64,000 nt of DNA from Tubiluchus corallicola (taxonomy: Eukaryota > Animalia > Priapulida), in contig JAQGDQ010000037.1 in the NCBI GenBank assembly GCA_030141605.1, positions 682,001 to 746,000 on the forward strand, written 5' to 3'. Below are positions 1-20,194 of the stretch, piece by piece; within the stretch, counting starts at the first letter, position 1, and the number at the start of each line of letters is the position of its first letter. The notes beneath the pieces were generated by a model. That model was not told the DNA's origin, did no database searches, and worked only from the letters and a program-made list of their open reading frames with translations. Made by a program: the position numbers and the translations under genes.

Positions 1-1226
1 AAATACTACAAAGAGGCAAACTACAATATTGACGATGCTGTTATGTATGTATTAACGTACGTTTCAAAATGTTACCCTTCTGTGTATCACACTAAATTAT
101 GATCTTATAAATTAAATCATCGCTTTTTACAGCCTCTAATAGTTTCACTTCATTTTCTATTTTGTTTGGATTATTTTCATATTCGGATTTTTTTTGCAAA
201 TGTTAACACTATTAGGATATATAGATTTTTTTAACCTTCCCTTTAGATGTATTAAATTTTTCCGTTATAGATCACCGGTAAAACTGTTTCTTATGCCTGG
301 TAGTCATTACAATGGTAGACTGATTATTTTAATGCATATTCAGGTGACTACTCTGGGTTACAGTACTCGAGAATTCAGCTAATAACTAATAAACACCAAA
401 CTTTCAATTCCATCATCGTCAAGCAAAGTTGACTGTTAATGTGTTGCATGTCTGTGAAATCGTGTTGTGTAAATGTGCTAGCCGTTATTAAATTTAGGAT
501 TAGAACAAATAAGTTGTTTTGACTATTTAAAACTGCTGTATTTATAATTGTAAACAAATTGGTTTTTAACGTATCATTACAATATGTATGACAGCTGTGG
601 AATCTGTGCATTGCTTCCAAGCCAGTGCTTGATTTCTTTAATGTTAATTTGCTCCCATGCCACGTTGATATGCCAAATGTAATTTATATAATGTCTAATC
701 ATTCTACTCTGCTTCAAGTGCTGCCGTTTGCCTTCGAAATTTTCTGAAATACTGTTCTTGTTGTCATATAGTAATGTGGGAGATATAATGTTCGTGCTTA
801 CTAGTAAAACTATATAATATTCTATTTGTAGCTACCCAGATGCATGGAAAGTTGGGCAAGATTTTTTTATGAAATTTTGTGATTTAAAAACGAACTTTTT
901 GTCGCATTTATATGTTTGTTGTTACACAGAAAAACATTCTGTTCGCAGCATTCAACTTCGCACAGAAATGTGAATGTTCTTTCAATCCAACAAGAATAAT
1001 ACGCATAATTTGAACTGTAAATTGTTACACCTTAACACCAAAAAAAAAACAAGAATGTGTAACGACCTTTGTTGTCCAGCCGACATCACGTTCATCCTTT
1101 TTGTGAATTCTCTTCTATCTTATTATTTACCAATATAAGAAGCAAATCCTCAGTCAAGCAGAAATCATTTCTATCAATTTGAAGAAAGACAAGCATAGTA
1201 CAGTTTTAAACAATAAATAATAATGA

Positions 1227-8237
<7,011 letters not shown>

Positions 8238-8298
8238 TCATTCGAACATTGCGGTTCAAATTACTTTATTTTAGCAACTGCTAGGACATATTGATAGT

Positions 8299-8370
8299 AA
8301 CAACAACAACAACAACGACAAAAACAACAACAACAACAACAACAACAACAATAATAATAATAATAATAAT
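8299..8370. repeat. (AAC)n(AAT)n compound microsatellite upstream of PSMA6
   Basis: Seen directly. Confidence 0.92.
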
Positions 8371-8475
8371 TCTAGAAACAGTACGGTAAGGAACACATTA
8401 AGAACATATTAATTAAGAGACCACGAAATAACTGTGTGAGGTGCCCAGGAAACCTACAAATAGATTGCTATGTAT

Positions 8476-8539
<64 letters not shown>

Positions 8540-8545
8540 ATATAT

Positions 8546-8583
<38 letters not shown>

Positions 8584-8606
8584 TTATTTATATATATGTA
8601 TATATA
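8476..8606. repeat. (CA)n(TA)n microsatellite
   Basis: Seen directly. It explains the spurious HT/IY ORFs. Confidence 0.95.
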
Positions 8607-9339
8607 GGTTTTCAGGAACATCAGTTTTTTTCATAATACCCTCAACTAAGGCTAAAGAATTAATTGACCTTCTCTTAGTTGTCTGAATTCTGCTGCCGGG
8701 ATGGATGGTGGATATTAAAATCACTTTTTTCGAAATGCAATGGCCAAACTACATTGCAACTTGACTGTAACAATGGTAACAAATGGCACGTCACATTTCT
8801 TATTTGGCAGTATTTAATGCTGAGAAACAAACTCATTCTTTCTTATAGCATGCTGTACGTCCACTGATAGTGCACATCTAAGCATTGATGCCTAATTACC
8901 ACTGTTAGAATATTCATTTCAGTAGCATGTCATATACTGCTTTTTTGAAAGGTAGAATTCTTGTCTATGTTCTGCATAAGTATCAACTATTGGTGGTTAA
9001 TACTAAATAAATTATAGTTGAAACAATTCACAAAGCGACTAGACTTATTTGCCAGTCACTGTTTTCAATCTAATTGGCACCTACACTTTTAGTGGCTATT
9101 GCAAATGGTGACAGTAACAAAATTCATTAATTTGTACACGATTAGAAAGTCTATAAATTATCCAGCAGAATTTTCCTTGTAATTTTTTATCAGGTTTTCT
9201 ACCACGAAAACAAATATATAAAAACTCAAACTGTCATGGAAATTAATTTATAACGCTATAATTTAGATAAAAATTGCAAGTCATGAAATTTTTATGCTTT
9301 TTGTCAAAAAACAGAAGCCATGAACCTGTTGTTATTTAG

Positions 9340-10790
9340 TGATAACGTATGGGTACAAACTGTACATTATAATTGGACTGGACTCCCCATGAATCTTCAT
9401 GGGAGGACTGCAAACTGTCTCGTTCGCAGTGACAATATCCCTGTTATTAATGAGAAAAAGGCTTGCATTAAGAGACAGCCTACTAGAAACGGCTAAACTA
9501 GAGGGGCTCTTCACTGGCTAACCAGTTTTAAAAGATTAACAGAAGATGAACTCTTAGTGAAGACATGGGAGAAGGGACTTGTAATGTCAGTATAAAAAAT
9601 GCAAGGAAAGATATTATGGAAATAGCGAAGAACTGCTTTCAAGCGAGTAAGAACAAAAAGGAAAACGTGAAAAAAAGAGAAAAAGACAATTAAGCAAAGT
9701 GCTAATCTAAAACAAACAAATCCCAGAAATACTGAAAGTAAGAGAACAATTAACAGACGAAAGAATGTAATAAGAAACAAGAAAGAAATGGAATATGAAT
9801 TGAAGAAATTGTTAACAAAATGAGAAGAGAAAGGGGTTATTACAGCAAATGCATTGTAGAAATCTAAAAAAAAGAATTGACAATGTTTCAAAGAAGATAT
9901 GATTTCAGTGGATTTCGATAAAGAATAAGCAAACAAATGACCAGAATAAATGCTAGAAATATTTACAAATTACTATAAAACAAATGTACTATAATGCAAA
10001 GGAATACTGAATTTCAAATAAAAAAAAGAAGGAACAACTAATATGTTTGTATGTCAAATACTGATTATAGGAAACGGAGTGCAAAACAGGCCAGTACAAA
10101 TATTTAGGTGTAGCTAGGAGAAAAATGTAATTACAAACTATTGCTTGTAAAAGAATGGAGAAAAGCTAAATATGTGATAAGAGAACCGATGAGAATTAGA
10201 AGCAAACAAAAATTAGTATTAAAGCACAGGACGTGAGACCATTGATGTTTGAAGCTATGATAATCCTATATTGGTTTTGAATAATCGTGAAACTTGGATA
10301 AAATTAACATCAGAAAGGAGGAATGAAAGAAACTAAAAAACATACAGAAATAGATGCTAAAAAAATTCTGAATAAAAAAAATATATATATATACACATAA
10401 TGCGGCGCACTTAAATGTGATGGAATTGTAGTGAGGAAATCATGTTGGAAGATTTGCTTTGTCCTAAGTGTGGATAGTAAAGAAGGAGGCACTGAAGAAC
10501 ATGCATTAAGTTGTGAGAAGATTGGAGGAACAACTAATAAGTACAGTGTTTGGTTACAAATTTTTACAACCTGCGAAATATTTGTGATTGGTAAAACCAA
10601 AAAGATCATGGAATCTAGAAAAAATAGATAACAGTTAGAAAAAGGTGATAAGAAAGAAAATAGGATATTGCTTGTGTGTGGAAATATAAACGAGTATAAT
10701 GGACGTCTGATGAAAAGTAATTGCTCCTGCAAATCTAGGACACATAATTTTTTAAAAATTTGTTTTCAAAATAAAAATAAAGTTTTATTT
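9340..10790 (+). mobile_element. Degenerate 5'-truncated non-LTR retrotransposon (RT C-terminal half plus zinc-knuckle remnant)
   Basis: A-rich plus strand with broken frames. C-terminal remnant reads roughly DLLCPKC..(frameshift)..GTEEHALSCEKIG, a CCHC-like knuckle. Ends near an AATAAA-containing A-rich tract at about 10770-10782. Boundaries approximate. Confidence 0.5.
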
Positions 10791-11060
10791 TGCCCTACTT
10801 CGTCCAGACACCCAAACAGTTATGTTTTAGGCAATGAAAATCTATTTTTCAATTGACATAATTATAAATGCTCGGTCTACTCTAAGCAAAGGTGAAGGGC
10901 AGCCGGTAAGCCGCGAGTAATCGCAGTGGTTAGCTTCAACTGAAAAAGATAGCTAGTAATAGAAACGAATCAAGGACTTTTCAAAAAGTTCTTGTGCTTG
11001 TGAAAGCTTTCGGTTTCCCATATTTTGTAATTAATGACGCCAGTAGATTGTCGCTGTGTT

Positions 11061-11991
11061 GGGAGCCGAGTGGACCACTGAGCCAAGTAGACCAATTGGT
11101 CTACATGGGCTAGCCCAAGTAGACCGCGGTCTACTTTGGCTGCCCAAGTAGGACACTAGAGACAGGTCGCGAATTGAGTCGTTAAGTGTACTGACACCGT
11201 CCGTTGTGCTTGTTTATGTAATAATAATAATTAAAAACGTTAGTACACGTTGAATAATTTATTATACATCTAATAAAATAAAAGAATTTTATTCTGAGCT
11301 GGTAGAACGGACAATATTAAATTTGGTTTCGATATTAATGTTGTTGAAGTGAAAAAACCACTTTTTTGCGAATTCAACATTTGTTTAAGGTATATCATTT
11401 TGATTTTGTCTCACTTCACAAACAGGTGATCCGTTTCACTACCTCTTGGGCAAATAATTGTTTTCTTACAAGTAAACGTTTTAGCGATCTAGCTCGCTAG
11501 CCCATGTAGGACAGTGCCCTACATGTTACAATATTACTGATAATATTAAAACTAATTATCCTTGCTTTTCTTAAATGTTAAAAATTACTTTTTGGTGTTG
11601 TGAAGGCTTAGCAGCATCTGTCTCATTTTTAAATTTGCAATTATTTCTGTAATAACTGTGTGCAGAATTTCTCTCTTTAAAGCATTAGATACTAGGTTTA
11701 ATGTTATGATATATTAATGGAGTTAATCATAATGATGAAATTATTGTAAGAAATGCATTTGTAAATTGCCAAGGAATATCCATTTCTAAAAGAAATTTTG
11801 TTTTATGCTTTATTATGTCATAACAATACTTATAAACAATGGTAATATAAACTGGAAACAAGTTTTGCCAGAGCAAGTTTCTCGACAAAAATCGCTAGTG
11901 TCCTACTTGGGCTGCCCATGTAGGACACTACTTTTAGCGCATCGGTTTTACCGGAAGTGGTCTACTTGGCTCAGTGGTCCACTCGGCTCCC
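11061..11991. mobile_element. Non-autonomous DNA transposon (MITE), 931 bp, with perfect 34-bp TIRs
   Basis: GGGAGCCGAGTGGACCACTGAGCCAAGTAGACCA (11061-11094) and its exact reverse complement (11958-11991). Subterminal and internal repeats of CCCA(A/T)GTAGGACA. No ORF and no clear TSD. Confidence 0.85.
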
Positions 11992-12315
11992 TACAGTTGT
12001 TTTTGTATTTTTATCGCTTGAATTTTTTAGTAAGAATGAATCCTAAGAACAAATACCAATTCTGTTTATCAATAATTAATGATGTATAGGCGTGACAGCA
12101 GTTCAGTGCGTAGATGTAGTATTTCCTTTTTTTAAGCTAATCTAATTCCTAGTTAGTGACAGATTTATAAAAGTAAAATTCATTAAAAAAGACGACCCTT
12201 ATATTTTCTGTCTTCCAAATTAAAGGTTGTATCTCTGTCTATCATCTATCTGTCTACTCGTTGACTACATTATATCTGTAGACTTCTGCTTTGAGCGTCA
12301 TTATCAATATTTGGG

Positions 12316-15300
12316 ATGAGAGCAGTTGTGCAGAGAGTAATTAATGCAAGTGTGTCAGGTAAGGCTGTTGTTTAATGACTTATGTCTTTGGACAGAGAGT
12401 GGTTTACATATAATTAACGTGCTCATTGCTATCCGGATTACTTGCTTTTTTTACATTTGTAAACAGTCAACTCTGCCATTAAGTTTTAAAAAATGTGAAT
12501 TTGGTGCACCTTTTCCTTTTTAAGATTGTATACAAAGCCTTATACTTTCATAATTAATGGCTTGATTTTTGCACCAATATGGCGAAACAATCTCTAAAAT
12601 GCATGTCAGTTAAGTAAATACGTGTAAGTAAAACTTGGTATACCTATTTATTTTAGTGCACTTTTTTATGATACTTAATAATGCTAAAACCAATCTCTTC
12701 TATAAATTGATTTTCACATGATAATGATTAAGGTTTATTGGTTTTTTATCAATGTAATTTACATTTCTTTTAATTACTGGACATTTTTCAACATGGAATT
12801 TGAACTAACATCACTTTATTGAAGCCATATTTCTGAGCAACATCTTTTCATTGACTTGACATCACACAAGCTATATTTGGTTAACAGACTAGTTATCCTG
12901 GTACTTGCAAAATAAATTAAAATAGGTTATTGTCATTCTAAATAAACTGTACTGAATTAAGTGACACGGACTAAAATTTAGTACAGTTTAGTTAGAATGA
13001 CAGTAACCTATTTTAATTTACTTTGCAAGTACCAGGATGACTGGCCAGTTAACCAAATATAGCTTGTTAATGGTTTGCATTTTATCATTGACAAGGTGCT
13101 GTTCAACAAAAATGAACTATTGTATATTGTTTCTGCAGCCATAGTGTTTTTATTCATTGTGTAGCTAACAGAAAGTTAAATAAGAGGCTTTGTTTCTAAA
13201 ACATTTCACATGTCTGTGAGTTTTTATGAGTTTCCACAATAAAATAGAACAATGCAAACAGCAGCCTAGCATTTGTAGCAGATTTGATTTTAGCAGAATT
13301 ATTGAATGTAGTTGAAGTCATATTTAATAATTAGATTATCTGAGAAAGGGCACATAATTTTTTTTCAATTTATAGCTGAAATAAAAGGAACATTTTTTTG
13401 CTTGACTTTGTCCAGATACCTGACCAGTTACGTTTAGACCCGAAAATCAATTTTTTAGTTAAAATATAAATGCCAGCTATTTATTTATTATAGTTTTTAT
13501 ATTTTCAGTTGATGGTGAAGTTGTCAGCTCAATAGGCCGAGGACTCTGTGTTCTAATTGGTGTATGCAAAGATGACACACAGAAGGATATTGAATGGATG
13601 TAAGTGTAACTAATAAACAAATGGTTGTTGTGGGTTACGGGAAAATGCTTTATTACGAGGGCAATATTAATCCTTACATTATTATCAGTTATTAATTGTT
13701 CTCTATCTTAAAAGTGTTGCTTAAAAAATGTTTACAAATTTAGCAAACCTGTATAATATAAGCAGAAATTTATGCTGCTTTGTACTGAGCACATTTAAAT
13801 TAGGCAAGTAATAAGTAACAACTCTAAAAAGTGGAAGCGAAACTTGGATGAAATAAGATATGGAATTAGGTGAAATTGCAATAAACATGTTTAACTTGCG
13901 GAGTTAAATAATGTCAACATTTTTTAAAGGAAAAGCCAACGATCTCTGGAAATTAAATTTTATTATTTCAGAAAAACTTTATAAAGTTTGAGCAGTAAAA
14001 TTGTGATAAGCGCATCATGATACTCATGCAATTAATAAAATCAGTTTAAAGCCGCACTTATTTCGAATAAAGAAATTTGTGATACGATTACAGTGCAATA
14101 TCAACATCTATCCTGCCGGGTACTTGAAAAAACTTTTCACCAGCTATTTAAAAATGTTTTACTATTCACTACTCTCCATGCACTATTTTAAACTATAGAC
14201 AATCTAAAACCAAGAAATTGTCAATACTATATTTTGCTTTTTGATGAATCTCGTTGCCCAATATGTCATGGAAAACAGTTACCGACAATAATACAATAAC
14301 TTCGAGACTTGACTAGTTAAGCCCAGCTGACTAATGCTTATCGCCACTGAGCATTTTCTGTAAACTAATTTTCAAGTTTGTCCAGTGTTCAAGTGTGTCT
14401 TAATTTATGTACTCTACAAATCTTGTGAGGGAAAAACTGAATTTATGGTAGTTAAAAATTACAGGGTGCGGAAAATCCTAAAACTTCGTGTGTTTGAGGA
14501 CAGTTCAGAGAAAAGGTGGACAAAATGTGTTACAGATTATGATTACGAAATACTCTGTGTTAGTCAGGTAAACATTTAGTAGTACATTTTTGTGATAGTT
14601 CACATTTCCACATAGTTTTCGTGTTACCTGCTGAAGAGCTAAAATGAGAGTCAAACATTATTTAAGGCCTGCATCATTGGTAATTTTATTTAAAAATTTA
14701 TTTTTTAATAAGTTAAATTTGTTAATGATAGAAAGCAATTATAAACGGAAAATTTCTTGATTTTTTTCGTCATTCGTTTCAAAATTAATTTTGCTCACAT
14801 GTTCAGCTAGTCATGCAAATGACTCTAATTTGTTTATCAGAAATGTCAGCTCACTTAATATTGAGTCATGCTTAGAGATTTTTTGTCACTTACATATGGA
14901 TATTTCATATCACTTGTAAATTATAAATACAACAACTTATTCATTTTCCAGTTTACTTTATACTGTACCTTGAAAGGAAACAAACCCGACTATCACTTAG
15001 CGATGGCAGCTGATCAGTCTGAAGTGTTCTACAATGATTTTCTAAAGCACTTGCGTAGTGCTTACAAACCTGAACTAGTTAAAGGTAAAGCGTAGTTGTA
15101 AGAAACAGGCCTGTTTCTGCTTGCCTCATTGATCTGAGACAGTTAAGTTGCTCATCAAATGAACAAGTGTTAGAATGATTACGTGATTTCGATTTATTCG
15201 ATTTTGATATACTCTGTACATATCTATGTGTTACATTGTTTATCTTCTGTTTTAAAGTATTGCATATATATAGTTGGCTGTATGGCATACGTCGGTATTT

Positions 15301-16381
15301 GAGGTTGTTTTTATATTATGTAATTGGGTTATGTATCATTCGTTAGTGGAGATCTGATGCTATGCAATGGTCTCTTGTTTTACCCAATAAATTGTAAATT
15401 ACTGTGCACAAAATGTTAGGTACCGATTTACTTTTAATATTCTAAGCTCTAAGGAGTAACAATTTAATTGGTAGTCAGTGAGAAAAACTACTGGTAACAG
15501 TACAGTTTTTTAATTCCTATGCAGAATTACTGCCGCTATGATGTCATTATATGTTTTTCGTGTGCAGGTTTTCAGCTATTCCACTACTTTAGCATTGGGA
15601 GTTAAAAAGTCGGGATGGTGTTCTTGAACCGTCAGTTTTCATGCAGTTTTCATTGAAATTTAAAATTTGCTTTAATATTGGTTTTGCAAATAAGCCACTG
15701 ATTTGTAGTGGTTCTAGTAGTGATTTGCAATAACAAATGAGCATGCTTTATTTACCCCATTACATATCATGTTCGGCATTATATAAATAATCATTGCTCA
15801 GTCGAGAGAAATACTGCAGTACTAATCACTTATTAGTTTTAGGTGTTATTTTCCTTACTTGTTTTCATGCTATATAAAAGGTTTTATTTCAGATGGAAAG
15901 TTTGGAGCTTATATGAAAGTAAATATAGAAAATGATGGTCCTGTAACCATTCAGTTAGAAGCCCCACCTCAGGTATTTCAGTATTCTTACTAACTGTTAA
16001 AATTATGGAATAGCTCTATGATTGTGTTCTCTCGAATGTGTCTCACTTTTTCTTGATGGTGTGCAATGCAATTCATTTTAGGGCAGAAACAAACTTTTCC
16101 CTGGGCACACATTTTAACAGAATGTTATTCTTTGCAAAATCTTTAAAACCTTTTTTTTTAATTGTATGGGAGTGCAGTTCTCGATGGGTAAAAATAATTT
16201 AAACAGTATCACCTGAATCCATTACAGATAAGAGAAAATTACCTGAATTTCGCGTGCTTTTTTGCAGCTAAATCAGTCGAAGAAAAAGAGTAGCAGTACC
16301 AGTTTGGTCAATGATGCTGAAAAATCTACAAACTTTTCTTTTAAGGCGGCGGATGGCAAACCATTAGATACGGAAACATGA
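12316..16381 (+). CDS. DTD1: D-aminoacyl-tRNA deacylase 1, 6 coding exons, about 187 aa
   Basis: Exons 12316-12358, 13509-13599, 14465-14567, 14952-15084, 15893-15972, 16268-16381, all GT-AG and phase-consistent. Translation: MRAVVQRVINASVSVDGEVVSSIGRGLCVLIGV...KILKLRVFED...EILCVSQFTLY...GKFGAYMKVNIENDGPVTI. The DTD signatures SQFTL and NDGPVT (Gly-cisPro) are present. The last exon (low-complexity tail) is less certain. Confidence 0.95.
12866..13067. repeat. Long inverted repeat (about 91-bp arms, short loop) in DTD1 intron 1
   Basis: ACAAGCTATATTTGGTTAAC...GTTAACCAAATATAGCTTGT. Arms align with about 8 mismatches by manual comparison. Confidence 0.9.
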
Positions 16382-17386
16382 CGTCACTTTAACTTTGTTT
16401 AGGATTTGTTTATTTATTTCTGAAGTAAAACACTGTAAAAGACGTTTAACAGCTTCAGCATGTGTAAGGTTATTTTGCTTATTTGCTGTAGAATCATATC
16501 CGTGTGTAGAAGTCTTATTGTAATCTAATAAGTTAAATATTTGGTTATAATAAGTTGTGTAATTTGGAAAACAGAAAGGGGTTGTTAGCTTCGTCATTTA
16601 AAAGATCTAATTTGCGAAAAACTTGGCCATCCCCAATTCTAGTTGATTTGTGGTATGTTACTATATATCGTAAAGTGAAACAATAAGCACTGATGACGTA
16701 GTCATATTATTGTAATACTCTTAGCCACATTGTATTATGTATTGTAGGGGTTGATTACTTTGGCTGGACAACTTGAAATTGGTCTCATATTCTTTTTTGG
16801 TCAGTTTTTGAACAAGAAAGAAACGGTTACAGTTGATCTGCCAGCATATATTTTAACAAGAATGTATTTTTTATAAAATTTATAAGACACCTTTATAGTT
16901 CAGTACTTGGTGTGTAAATTAGCGCTTAAATGTCATGTTTGCCATTTCTTTGTATCCTATTATATAAATTATTACAAACTCACTGCTTAGCAGCATTAAG
17001 GCTTGTCGCTGTTAGACTCGTGTAATATTGAACAGCTGTTACGGCTAAAATGCAGCAGTCATTTGATAGTCTTTATTTCTTTGGGGACATATCAGCTCAG
17101 ATAATGAAAGAAACTGGTAGAAGGCTCAGCACCTTCTGGTATGTTGTTATTTCATTTTCCAGGATTTATTTCCTCAGGGGAAGTTTTCCAGGATCTTGTA
17201 TGTGAAATTGATACTATCAACTCCACTTGCATGTAAAACATTGCTGTTATCACTTATTGGCTTATTTTGTGCTCTTGCACAGAATTGAATGTTAGACTGT
17301 TGCTCTTTTAACTGTTGTCGATAATTTACTGAACTAAAACTGGTAGCAATAAGCATTTGAGAATTGTGATTAGTTTGATGAAAGAA

Positions 17387-17595
17387 ATGGCATCTTATGT
17401 TTATGTATGCTTGTTGGTTTTATGCTTATCATTTGTTATCATTGTTGCTTCACAGACGTCCATACCAAAATGTGCAGGTATGTTTAGCAATTGTGTACTC
17501 GTTAAGTTTTGAAAGTAATTCTTTTCTAATTTTGATACTTGTTGATAATTACTTTGTGTTAAATTATCTTTCATTTATTTACTATTGCGCTGAAC

Positions 17596-17669
<74 letters not shown>

Positions 17670-20194
17670 CCTTTCTTTTATCATCACTATTTTTATTATT
17701 ATTTTTGAAGTACATTTTGCGGGACCAGTGACAACTTCGTTCAAGAATTGTCAAGAGATCAGGAATGCTGGTTATACTGAAGATGGAATTTATTATGTTG
17801 ACATTGATGGACCTGGATATGGAAGATCTCCATTTGAAGTACATTGCAATTTGAATAAAGAGCTTAACACTGGTACTTGAAAATGATAAATGATTGTTAC
17901 TACCTGCACGCAAATGCACACACGCATACACGCACACACACACACACACTTGTAGAGCAATAATGATAAAATATACCTACAAGGACTATTACAAGCCAAC
18001 CTAGTATTACTCTTATTGAAAGCATAGAAGTTTTTACCACATTGCCATTCTTTTTGCTATAAGAAAATCAAAATGAATATGAGCTAGAAGCTATATTGTT
18101 ATACTCTTTGTTAATACAATTGTTGATTGAGTATATATGTATGTGTAGGCTCTAGCTCATATGCCTTTTCATTTTTTTCTAGCAGAAACAATGGCAATGT
18201 GGTGAAAATTTCTATGCTTTTGATATGAGTAATGCTAGGTTCATTTGTAATAGTCCTTTAGGTATATTTTTCTGATGTTGAAAGCAGGGCATGACTGTAA
18301 CAGTTTATAAGGAAAATTGTCACTTTGAAGCAAGAATAATTTATATTTACCAATTTCGCTTGAGAAAATACTTGACAGTCCCATATTTTAATTTTTGTTT
18401 AGTAAATAGTCTGTCTTCATTAATATTATTTTCAAAGGAATAACTGAAATATTTCATGATTCCATGAGGGATTTCTATGTAAAAGGATTTGAAGTGAAGG
18501 GATCTTATGTGAAAAAAATGACTTACAGCATAAGCATGGAAGACATACGTGTTGTAATGTCTATGGCTACAACATGTCAGCAATATTTTCGTGTGAGTAG
18601 TATTTACTTTAATTTTTTTGTGTAAACCATTGCAAGCATTTTGTTTTGTACACTTTGTACATTTGTACAGTTTTTAGCTTTTCTGTTTATTATAGTGTGT
18701 TGTAACCATCAATGGTTTTTTTAGCGAGATTCTAATTAATAGCTAATTTGTACCTTTAAACAGAACCATATTTGGAATGTATTTGCTAGACTCATTTGAC
18801 TTTACGTGATATTTTTTATGTGAAACTTTCATTTAATTTAATTTAATTCTATTGCTTTATCTATTATTAGTTGGAAAAAGCAGCAGCATATAAGCTTATG
18901 CACTGTTGGGTTGTAGTAAATGAAAAGTGTATTTGCTAATGCATGAACATTGTCATTTAAGTATTCATAGCAAAGTAATTTTCTTCTCAGTAATCGTTTG
19001 TGTTGTCTTTAAATAGTATAAATGTCAGGGATCCATACTTACTGACAAAAGTGGAGCTTGGGCATCTTGGGTCACTTGGGATGGTAGAAATCAAACATAC
19101 TGGCAACAAGATGGCGTTCAAGAGAACATATGCTGGTGTGGTGTCCAAGGTACCATCACATTCTTTTTGACAACTGCAAATAAATCATTTTGGTGTATAA
19201 GTCTGTTTTTGTATATATGCAGTGTTAAGACAGACTGTGTATTTACATAGTTAGGACATCAGTTCAGTTGAGCTTGTTGTATGAAAGTAGAAGATTGGTA
19301 TTGTTTTTCGCATTGCATTGAACAACAGACATGTCTTAAATAGGCTGATTTATCAAATTTATAAACAAAACTTTTTCTGGAAAGGTTAGTCTGGTATATG
19401 TACTATGGAAACATTTATTTACTGTGTACTTGCATAGCTGGAATAGTGGGAAACTAATGCAGTGCTACGTCAGTTCTACACCTACACTAATTGTCAAGTT
19501 TCTATAATAACTAAGTTACCATTTGGTGCTTGTGTTTTGCAACATATCATAGAAACTTGTTGAATAGCTGCTTATTGGTAAGCTAATATGTGTCATATAG
19601 AAGAATAATGACTGAGGGAAAACATTATAAAGCATTTCAATAATCAGATATCTCATTTTGTATTTTTGGGTACTTAACAAGCATGTGTGGCAGGTGCAAA
19701 TGCCATTTGTATAAATTAAGACTAAATGAAGCTTTTCTTTTTTCTGTAAATTACTTGGCACCTTGTTGCCGCTTAATTGCCATAATGCCTTCTGCACTCA
19801 TGCGTTGCTTAGGTTAGGTTAGGTTAGGTTACCTTACATTACGTTAAGTTATAGTACGTTTTGTTGTTATGTCATGTTACGTTGTTGATTTCTTGTATGC
19901 TCCCAAGCCTCAGGATTTTTTCGAATTAAATGTTTTTCATTACTGCTTCATTAAATATAATATTGATATTAAATTGCTTTGAAGTTGTTGAATGTTACTC
20001 TTTTGCTCATTATAGGCACATGCTCAAACAACAAGAAATGTGAATGCGACAACAATGACGCTGTGTCCAGAGTTGACGAAGGTCTTTTTAATAACATGGA
20101 CGATCTTCCAATTACTGCATTGCATTTTGGTGATACCGGTGCTGATTCAGAGTATGGGGTTCATTACTTGGGTGCACTACAGTGCTTTCATTAG
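17387..20194 (+). CDS. Secreted stand-alone CNTNAP/Neurexin-IV-type fibrinogen-like domain protein, paralog A (239 aa, 5 exons)
   Basis: Exons 17387-17477, 17711-17872, 18438-18592, 19017-19149, 20016-20194 (720 nt, intron phases 1,1,0,1, no stops). Signal peptide MASYVYVCLLVLCLSFVIIVAS, then KNCQEIRNAGYTEDGIYYVDIDGPG..PFEVHCNL..ITEIFHDS..GSY..TCQQYFRYKC..WVTWDGRNQTYW..CWCGVQGTC..KCECDNND..DEG..DLPITALHFGDTG..LGALQC. This matches the Cys/Trp pattern of the Caspr fibrinogen-like domain. An alternative in-frame ATG lies at 17378. Confidence 0.88.
17597..17669. repeat. (TAT)n microsatellite in intron 1 of paralog A
   Basis: Seen directly. It explains the poly-Y and poly-N ORFs. Confidence 0.95.
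17968..18270. repeat. Long imperfect inverted repeat (about 300 bp) in intron 2 of paralog A
   Basis: AAAATATACCTACAAGGACTATTACAA...TTGTAATAGTCCTTTAGGTATATTTT. Arms are about 140 bp, for example ACCACATTGCCATT / AATGGCAATGTGGT and ATATGAGCTAGA / TCTAGCTCATAT. Confidence 0.88.

Noticed and set aside
14625-14660. Hammerhead-like CTGAAGAG...TCAAAC
   Set aside because: It lacks the GAAA core and convincing stems I and III.
15972-17711. Possible DTD1 fusion with the downstream fibrinogen-like domain gene (same strand, about 1 kb apart)
   Set aside because: The DTD1 exon 5 donor is phase 0 but paralog A exon 2 needs phase 1. DTD1 has its own terminal exon and paralog A has its own signal-peptide exon.
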